A DNA stretch of 63,689 nucleotides, filler included, from Octopus bimaculoides (Eukaryota), in NCBI RefSeq assembly GCF_001194135.2. It is 6 parts of 6 records of this genome, joined end to end, with 100 filler letters (N's around TTAATTAATTAA, not from the genome) between each part and the next. Parts side by side here need not be neighbours in the genome. Positions count along the whole stretch, not along the records: positions 54,034 to 60,965 come from NC_068993.1; positions 61,066 to 63,689 come from NC_068992.1; 4 more parts are not named here. The stretch is one strand, 5' to 3'. The translations under genes were made by a program, and so were the position numbers. The first letter of the stretch is position 1. Each line of letters opens with the position of its first letter. The notes below the pieces were generated by a model. That model was not told the DNA's origin, did not search any database, and saw nothing but the letters and a program-made list of their open reading frames with translations. Shown one piece after another: positions 54,035-63,689 of the stretch.

Positions 54035-54287
54035 ATTCCTATCATAGTAGGTGCCTTAGGTATAATAAAAAAATATTCAGACAAATACATAACAAAAATA
54101 CCAGGACTTACAAATATATATAACATACAGAAAATTGCACTACTGGGTACTGCACACATTCTACGCAAAACACTTTCAATACAGTAAACATAAGAGCATC
54201 ACAGCAAACCACAGCACATACCCAAGGCGCACAGAGCTGCGCTCGGTAGTGAAGTGAAAGCACGTTATAAAAATAAAACTACTGAAC

Positions 54288-54290
<3 letters not shown>
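54035..54290 (+). mobile_element. RLE-type non-LTR retrotransposon (R4/Dong-like) 3' end
   Basis: IPIIVGALGIIKKYSDKYITKIPGLTNIYNIQKIALLGTAHILRKTLSIQ* (54035-54187), then 3'UTR and an (AAT)n tract. Confidence 0.8.
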
Positions 54291-54343
<53 letters not shown>

Positions 54344-54675
54344 TAATAACAATAATGATAATATTAATGAAAATAACAATAATTGATGCAGTACCAGACA
54401 CTGGCTCTGATGGCTTCTGATCTTAATTGACTGAAAGTGTTATCATGGACGTTGTTTTGTCTTGGTATAAAAAGATGGCCTACGGCAAATATTCTGCTCA
54501 ATACCACACACTTGTTTGTCAGTTGTTTGACCTTAACCAGTTGAGCATGTCCCTTAGTGGCTAATGATATTTGCATCTCTGATCATGAGCAAGAGTAGAG
54601 GTGTTGAAAGGAATTTTGGGGGGTTTGAATAATTCACCTCTGGAAACATGAGAGTTTCATTCAACATCCTTTCAG

Positions 54676-54727
<52 letters not shown>

Positions 54728-57120
54728 TGTGCAAATATATGTAATACATAAGTGTATATGTGTATACATACACACTTCCAAACGCACCTGTTTAATTTCC
54801 ATTTACCAATTCCATTCAAAGCATTTGATTGGCCAACAGCTTTAGCATAAGACCTTTGCACAAAGTGCTACACAGTGTGATTGAACCTGAGACCATGTGG
54901 TTGGGAAGTAAACTTCTTAACCATGCAATTAATTCCCAGAGACTAAACAAAGTCCAGATATTGATTATCACTTTGTTGTGTATTTAAAATGTTACATATC
55001 TAAAATGGTTAATATCTTATATTCTATATATCTAAGATGTTATGTATATAAAATGTTGTATATCTAAAATACTCTGAAATGTTTGTGTATGATTCCATCT
55101 ATCTTGAGTTGGTTATAGAATTCTTATCTGCAGACATTTAAGTTAATCATAGAAAGACAAGGAATTCTCTATTTCAGAGCCAATGATGTCTGCCAAAAGA
55201 TAAGGTTTCATATCGTCGAGAGTTAATGAGTTAATAGATTTCAGTTTTGACAAATGGTTCAAGTATTTGCCAGTTGATTATAAAAGAACAGAATAGAATT
55301 GTTTTCATTTCTAGAAATCTGTAAATTTTCATAAAACAAGACTGCTTTTCCTGTACTATCACTCACCCCTTCTTCCTTCCTCAACCATTCCTACTCTTTC
55401 ACTTTTCACCATCATTCTAAGATTTACCATTGACTACATCCCCACCCTTCTTCCATTCCATCTACTCCACCATCTCTACCATCTGTCACTTTCCTCTCGC
55501 ATTCTGATGGACTTATCCATCTCCACCTTCCCTAATTCTTTGTCCATTCTCTCTCTCTTCTACTCATCATCTTTTGTATCTTGGGTTGTGTGTCTCCTCC
55601 ATAACAAGACCCCTGTTCCTGTCCCTCTATCATACTTTAGCTACTCAACACCTGGTGTAAAGCAACCTCCCTTTCTGCTACAACCCCACTCAACCAAGGG
55701 GTCATTTTCATTTGTCTTGCAAGTTATTTGGTAATGTCATTAGCGTTGGTATCTTGAAATAAAATGTATGCAGGACACGATGCAAATTAGTTGGGGTTAG
55801 AAAGGGCAACCAGCTGAAAAAACCCTGTCAAAGCAGACACTGGAGCTGATGGGAGTCCTTGGCAGGTTGGATTCTGTCGCAGTGTCCAACCGATGCCAGC
55901 TTGGGAGATGGACATTAAATGGTAATGATGAAAATGATGACTGCTTTGTAGTTTAGTGTTGTTTAATTCTGGTCAAGTATATTGCAAAGGTATTCCAAAG
56001 GTAACCAACCTGTTTCAAAGGAGTGTCAGTTTCTTATTTCAAGACATTAAATAAGAAATCAGGCCAAAACAGACAAATGGAATCTGGGCGGTTCTTTAGT
56101 TGGCCAGTGCCTGTTGAACTGTCCAACCCATGCCAGCATGGAGAACGGACGTTAAATGATGATGATGAGCCTGACAAGAACGTTAAATGATGAGCCTGAC
56201 AAGGGGAGCAGTGCCCCAGAATACGTGTTGACTTCAACCGTGGTAACATGTCCAACTCATACCAGCATGGAAAGCTGATGTAAAATAATGATGATGAAGC
56301 TTAGTACAAGCTACTAAATCTATTGTTGCTCATGGATAATGACTGGGTTTTTAAATCTTTATACACCAATTCAGCATCTACTGATGAAAATTAAACCGAA
56401 GAGAGACTGTGTGTGCTTCTAAGTGGTTCATTCGAACTGCAAGAAATACCAGCCAAATCTTCCTAAAATCACATAGTGCTGTTTTTAGAATCGGAAGAGA
56501 AATTTGGTAATATATTCACGGATATATAGAAAGAGAGGATGGGTTTAGTTGTTAAGACTTTGATGAAGGGTCTACTCACTCATGGGTGACATACGGGTAT
56601 ACAATGACAACGACAACAACAATAACAACAACTGCAGCAACAAAATCAACAATAGCAACTATAAATGTATTGCTTATATGTGGCCAAAATTAATGAAGAA
56701 AACAAATTAATTCACAGCTGTAATAATTAACTTTATAATTTATTTAAAATCTAATAATATCGTTTTAGCTTAATTAATATTGCAAAATTAATGAAAGTAA
56801 TTCATTGATAGCCATTTTTCAAAATCTGAAAGTTATCTGGCATCACAGGATTTCATAATTACTTCAATATAACAGAGAGGGTGAGGCATATAAAGGAAAT
56901 GACAAAAGGACTGTTGCAAGAGAAGGGTGAGAGTGGGAGAAGGGCTGGGAGATATGGAGAGGACTGGAGGAGTGGTAGGAGGAAGAGGAGGACATTGATT
57001 GTGATGATAATGATAATGATTGCTTTGTAAACTTTCAATGGGGTAGATGTTTATATACGTCCATGTGTTTGTGTATGTGTATAGTTGCATATGAGTAAAT
57101 ATATGTACTATCACAATACT

Positions 57121-57570
57121 CATTAATTTCTCAAGGACGTGAGTGGCATAAATGTAGCAGGAAAAAGATATTTATCCATTTCTCAAGGACATATTTGGCA
57201 TTTATGAAATGGAAAGAAAGTGTGATAACATAAAGATGAAGGAATATGTATATATAATTAATTTTCCAAAATACGGAGAAAAAGACAACATGCAAAAGAC
57301 AATAACGTGAGGACGTAGCACATGTAAAGTATTAATAAGACACTCAGAGAAAGAAAGAGTGGTTGTTTTACGTTTCAAACATAGCTCTTCTTCAGAAACA
57401 GGAGACATTGGAAAGTTCAAAAGAAAAGGAAGAAAGGGGGGGGGGAATTGCCAACAGTCCATGTGGAGTTACATTTTTGAAATATATATATATATATCAC
57501 CATCATCACCATAATCATCATTGTATAACGTCCGTTTTACATGCTGGCATGTGCATACATATATATGTAT

Positions 57571-57622
<52 letters not shown>

Positions 57623-58292
57623 NNNNNNNNNNGTCAATAAAAAAGACATCATCATCAACAACATCATCAGCAATAGCTGATTACATCAAACCCAGTGCTC
57701 AACTGGTATCTTTTTTATTATTAACCCTGAAAGGACGAAAACCCTGTCCTAAAAAAATATGAATCTGTCTTGTAAAACTTTCTAAGGCAATGAGTTGACA
57801 GAGTTGTTTGCATGTCAGGCAAAATGCTTAGCACCATTTCATCCATCTTCATGTTCTAAGTTCAAATTTTGCAAAGGTTGTCTTTGCATTTCATCCTCTC
57901 AGGGTTGATAAAATGAGTATCTGTTGAAGTCTAGGGTCAGTCAATTGTCCCTTTTTCCAAAAATTGCTGGCCTTGTGTCAAAATTTGAAATTAATATTGT
58001 AACACTTTCTCTTCACTAGACATATGCCACTTATGTCCTTGAGAAATGGATAAATGGTGCAATAGCATTTCTTTTCTCCATATATACCACTTATGTTCTT
58101 AAAAAAATTATTCAATATTGTAATAATTTTTCTTCACTTCTTAAATGCCACTTATATCCTTAAAAATAAATTAATAGTGTAACATTTCTTCACCACATAT
58201 TTGCCACTTATGTGCTTGATAAATGAATAAACAGTATAACAGCCTTTCTTTTCTTCATGTGTGCCACTTATATCCTTAAGAAATGAACAAAT
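57121..58292. repeat. Inverted pair of ~56-61-bp minisatellite arrays
   Basis: Two units at 57121-57223 are reverse complements of five units at 58002-58292 (core tgccacttatgtccttgagaaatggataaa). Confidence 0.85.
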
Positions 58293-58352
58293 ATCTATTG
58301 TAAAACTTCAATTCAGTTTCCTTCTAAATTTCATATTTTCTGTCTGCTGCAG

Positions 58353-58424
58353 AATAAAATCAATGATAAGTTGAATTACCATTTGTTAATATTTGGTGGG
58401 CAGCAGATGAAGGGGGACGAACTG
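58353..58424 (+). CDS. Candidate exon, ubiquitin-like core (NKINDKLNYHLLIFGGQQMKGDEL)
   Basis: Strong acceptor (tttcatattttctgtctgctgcag|), phase 0-0, donor CTG|gtaatg; KI.DK and LIF.G.Q match ubiquitin/NEDD8. Confidence 0.4.
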
Positions 58425-58921
58425 GTAATGGTAATGGTGTTGGTGATGTTGGCAGCGGTAGCAATGGTGGCGGTTGTGATGGTGGCGGTGTCGGTCACGA
58501 TGGTAGTGTTAGTAGCGATGGTAGGTCAGGAACATTGTATTTCCATATGTAAAATATTTGCTGAAACCAATTTGTGCCAAGACCATCATGAAACTCATTA
58601 ATTTCTCTTTTTTTTTGTTGTTTTCATTGCTTCTTTTAACATACACACTAAATATTTTGATTTGTGCTTTCTGTAAACAATATATAGAAGAACATTTATG
58701 CAAATATATGATTGTTAATGCACTAATGCAAGTTGATATAAGTGATCAGAGAACATATGTCTGTAGTTTAAATTGTAAGAAGAGAGAAAAGGTGCCAGGA
58801 TTGGCTGATTTTGGTTAGGTTAGCTCTCTTTTTTTTCTGCTTTTATTCTTTTTCTTTTTCTGTTTGAAAATAATATATTCTATTATTCTGTTCCTTACTC
58901 AAGCATTATAACACCATCAAG

Positions 58922-58975
58922 ATTTCATGCATGAAGATTATCAATCGTTCAACTTTACATAATGCATTATTTTAA
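58922..58975 (+). CDS. Candidate terminal exon of the ubiquitin-like protein (ISCMKIINRSTLHNALF*)
   Basis: Phase 0; S, I, STLH and L fall in exact ubiquitin register; alternative acceptor at 58904 adds HYNTIK; AATAAA ~80 nt downstream. Confidence 0.35.
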   Translation: MSCMKIINRSTLHNALF

Positions 58976-59105
58976 TTTATGGAAATAAGGAAAACGGAAG
59001 CAAAGAGTAAGGGGTGCAGATAGAATGAAAAAAAAAAAATCAAGAATAGGATAGAACAAATAAAGTAAGAATTCAAAATTTCTATCAATAAGTCTAAAAC
59101 CTTGT

Positions 59106-59164
<59 letters not shown>

Positions 59165-59260
59165 AACAACAATAACAACAGCAACAATTTCAATAACAAA
59201 ACAGTAATAATGATAGCAACAACAACAGTAATAATGATAGCAACAACAACAGTAATAATG

Positions 59261-59294
<34 letters not shown>

Positions 59295-61326
59295 GAAGAA
59301 GAAGAAGAATAATATGTGTATTTATGTATGTATATTTTGTATAATATTGCATCTATTTAAATTTAGTTCAATTATTCATTCCTTGAAATGTTTTAAGGTC
59401 ACTGATAGTTCTTATAGACTGCAACTATGTGGCAAAAGGAAGAACCGAGAGACTGACCCTAATTTTAAAAACAAAGTCCTAACAACATCTCTGCTGTTGT
59501 GTGTCTTATCATCAGCCAGTGGTGGTGGTGGTGGTGGTGGTTGTGGCGGTTCATTCATTTTCATCTGTGGATGAACTATAAAAACTAGAATAAGAACGAC
59601 TCACATTTTATAAATCAGAAAAAAAGCATCAGGCTTATTTTTCATTCTTGATACAACAAAACCCAATGCTGAATCATTAGCACACACCAAAAAATGGTTG
59701 CTTGCATTCCTTCCAACTTTGCATACTGAGTTCAAATGCTGCTGGGGTTGACTTTGCCTTTCAACCTTTCTGGGTCAATATAATGTAATTGACTTCCTTG
59801 CATTTTCCCCACAATTGTTGGCCTTGTGCCAAAATTTGAAACCAATATAATGAAATCCATGTCAACATTGTTGGTTCATAAAAAGCACTCAGCATCCAGC
59901 CATAGAAACCATGCCACAACAGACAGTTGGAGTCCGGACAGCTCAGTGGCTGACCAGCTCCATGTCAAATCGTCCAAACATGCCAGTCTGGGAATTGAAT
60001 CCAGAATCTTGTAATCAAGAGTGAAACGGCATAGCAGTCCATTCATTACGAGGGGTGTTCCAGCTGATTCAATCAATGGAACAGCCTGCTTGTGAAATTT
60101 ATATCAAAGCTGCTGAGCATTCCACTGATATGTGTAACCATGATGTAGTTCTCAAGGAGATTCTGCAGGACAAAGAGTATGACAAGACTGGTCCTTTGGA
60201 ATACAGGTACAACTTGATCTTGCCAGCTGATTGGATTGAAGCAATGTGAAATGAAGTGTCTTGCTCAAGGGTACAATGTAGCACCAGGAATCAAATTCAT
60301 GACCTTATGATCATCAGCCGAATACCCGAACCACTAAGCCATGCACCTTCATATGTATATATGTGTATGTGTGCATGTGTGTGTGTGTTTGTATGTGTTT
60401 GTGTGTGTGTGTGGGAGGGTGTTTGTGTGTGTGAGTGTCTGTGTGTATGTGTGTGCATGTCATTGTTTTTTTGTGTGTGTGTTTGTGTTTGTGTGTGTAT
60501 GTGTGTTGTCTGTATGAGAGTGTATATGTGCGTATATGTGCATGTATGTGTGTTTGTGTGTGTGTGTGTGTGAGTATATGTGTGTATGTGTGTATGTGCA
60601 TGCATGTGTGTGTGTACTTGTATGTGGAGTTGCAGGGGTGCAAGTGGGTTAGTGTGTCTTTCTTCTGACAATCAATTCCGGATAACTGGAAATAAATTCC
60701 ATTATCATAGAAGTGCTGATGGCATTCTTCCAGTCGTCCTGAGGGAATCCTCTTAGTTTTGCTTGCAAATGGATGAGTGTCGGCAACAGGATGGGCATCT
60801 GGCTGCAGAAAACCTTCTTCAACATAATCTGACGCATGCAGGCAAGAAAAATAATGGATGATAAACGAAGAAGGATGATAATGATAACGATGACAACGAT
60901 GACAATGACGATGATGGTGATGATGATGGTGGTGGTGGTGGTGGTGGGTGATGATTATTTGAGTANNNNNNNNNNNNNNNNNNNNNNNNNNNNNNNNNNN
61001 NNNNNNNNNTTAATTAATTAANNNNNNNNNNNNNNNNNNNNNNNNNNNNNNNNNNNNNNNNNNNNAATCAGAAACAAAATGGTTGTTTGTGTTTGAAAAT
61101 CACCATTGTTTCATGTTTGTCCCTTCATTTTACCCTTGCATAGTACGCACCCACCCACCCCACTGTGCATTGTGCACTAACTGCACTGTGTAAAGGGAGC
61201 ACTGCAACACTAGGAGCCGTTAGGGCAATATATAAACTAAACTGCATCTAAATTCTGCTTTCATCTCTTCTTAATAATTCCTTCCCACTCACTGCCATCT
61301 GGGGGGGGGGCGCAGTGAGAGAGAGC

Positions 61327-61361
<35 letters not shown>

Positions 61362-63085
61362 AGAAAGAGAGAGAGAGAGAGAACGTGTCTGCATGTGTGT
61401 GTAAATATAGGTGAAGATATCGCTGTGTAGTAAGAAATTTGCTTCCCAAGCACGTGGTTCTGGGTTGAACCCCCACAACATATACCTCAGGAAAGTGTCT
61501 TCTACTATAGCCTTGAGCTGACTGATGCCTTATGGATGAATTAAGTAGACAGCGACTGTGAGGAAAGCTGTTGTGTTTCTATGTATCTATGTGTGTATAT
61601 GTACGTCTTCTTGTTTAAACTGCCCCCATCACCACCACCAGTTCCCTGCTTGACAAGTGTAACCCAGCAGTTTGGTAAAAGAGATCAATAAAATAAGTAC
61701 CAGACTTTAAAAATAAAAAAGGATTGGGGTCGAATTGCTTGATTAAACACTTCAAGGGAGTGCCCCAGCATGGCCACATTTCCACAAAGTTAAATACAAA
61801 AAGATATGTATATGTATGTGTGCATATGAGTGTGCATGTATTAAATGTATATATTTATGTGTATGTGTTTGTGTATATATATAATCTGGCTTGCCAGCTC
61901 CTGTCAAACTGTTCAACCCATGCCAGCAAGGAAAACAGACATAAGACGACGCCACCACCGCTGTTGCTGATGCCACCAACAACTATGATGGCTGCTCTTC
62001 ATGCCCAACAAGCACAAGCAAAAGCAGCCTAGATGCAGAGTTGAAGCTGCAACTGCCAGTACTATCAGGTTCCTGTTGTTTTTGTCTCTTCTCCCTGATT
62101 GCAGGGCTTTTCTTCCAGCCTGCATTTAGGGTCAGTCCATGCAATCTGGCTCCACCCTTTAGACTGAGAGGTCAGACCACAGTGGCTCAGCTGTTGGGCC
62201 TACTCCTGGGTGAATTGATTCACAGGGCTGCAGAGCCCCACCCACTATGTTGCTGCCAGAAAGGTGTCAAAGAGGCCACAAGACCATCTGAGATGGCTTC
62301 ATTCCTTTGATTTGCTCTCAAGGCTGATCTCCTAACATTTTGTTTCACAAGGCACTCACAAGACAGTAACAGTTTGTGCTTAGGGTTTCTTCCATAACAA
62401 AGCTAATTAACCCACAGTTGGAATCCTGACAGGTGCTACTACTAAGGGCTAGAGTTGTACTGGGAACAATAAAAGCTAAGAGGTGGTTCCACACTGTAAT
62501 TAGCCATAGAGATGGGGGTTATGAAAGCACTGTAACCAGAATACTATGAACCATAAATTGCTGACATACAAATCGTCATTGTATATAGTATGGTGGTGGC
62601 ACTCCATCGGTTACAACATTGAGGGTTCCAGTTGATCCGATTAACGGAACAGCCTGCTCGTGAAATTAACGTGCAAGTGGCTGAGCACTCCACAGACACG
62701 TGTACCCTTAATGTAGTTCTCGGGAAGATTCAGCATGACACAGAGTGTGACAAGGCTGACCCTTTTGAAATACAGGCACAACAGAAACAGGAAGAAAGAG
62801 TGAGAGAAAGTTGTGGCGAAAGAGTACAGCAGGGTTCGCCACCTCCCCCTGCCGGAGCCTCGTGGAGCTTTAGGTGTTTTTGGTTGATAGGTAGGTAGGT
62901 AGGTAGGTAGGTAGGTAGGTACAGGGATGGATGGATGGATGGATAGATGGATGGATTGATAGATAGATAGATAAATAGATAGATAGGTAGATAGATAGAT
63001 AGACAGATAGATAGATAGATAGGCAGACAGACTGACTGACAGATGAACAGACAGGTTTATAGACAGGTAAGTAGGTACAGAGAGG

Positions 63086-63141
<56 letters not shown>

Positions 63142-63689
63142 CGGACTTATGGAAGGACAGGCAGACTAACAAATAGGTATATAGATAGCTAGATCAAAAG
63201 ATAGGTCAAAATATAGACAGACAGACACCTAAAACTTTCATAACCCTTCATCAACGATTATGTCATCTAGTTTGAAACGGTAAAAGGTAGAGACTTTGTG
63301 CCCTCCCTAGCTCGTTAACAGAGCAGTCATTACAGGTAGAAAGACAAAATAAACTAAAACCGAAATACCTCACCTGGGGATCAAACCTGTATTAATGGGG
63401 TCGATTTTGTCAGCTTAACCCACAACACTGCATATCCACATGCACATGCATCTGCTCACAAACAACTACTGTCACCACCACCACTTCCCGTAACACCCAC
63501 CCACCCACCATTGCCACTAATATCACTGCCGCCAGTACCATCACTTCCACTGTCACCATCACCACCATCACCACCACTGCCACTGCCACCATTATTTTAA
63601 TGTATTAGTCATTGGAGATGTTTGGGTCAAATAAGAACATTTACAACCACTGCCACCACTGCCACCGCCACTACTACTTCCACTACCAC

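Noticed and set aside
58766-58818. 'LADFG' kinase-like motif
   Set aside because: It is immediately followed by a stop, the acceptor is weak, and no other kinase motifs are present

Overview
AT-rich, repeat-saturated eukaryotic draft-assembly scaffold with many N gaps. The SINE families, microsatellite load and TE content suggest a coleoid cephalopod, probably Octopus (inference from repeat recognition, not a database match). No rRNA, bona fide tRNA or CRISPR array was seen. Almost all listed ORFs are microsatellite or gap artefacts, or fragments of decayed transposons. Recognisable elements are several mariner/Tc1 transposase relics (one near full-length with TIRs), a decayed Gypsy LTR element (~39.9-43.7 kb), a second Gypsy RT fragment, RTE/CR1/R4-type LINE pieces, Penelope-like pieces, a non-autonomous Helitron-like element carrying a (TTAGGG)n tract, and four SINE families. 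No host gene can be named. The best host-gene candidates are hand-assembled exon chains: a divergent ubiquitin-like protein lacking the C-terminal GG (53.2-59.0 kb, +) and a possible membrane protein (14.9-25.1 kb, +). Several long hairpins and inverted repeats are also present. TE coordinates are approximate unless TIRs or TSDs are given.
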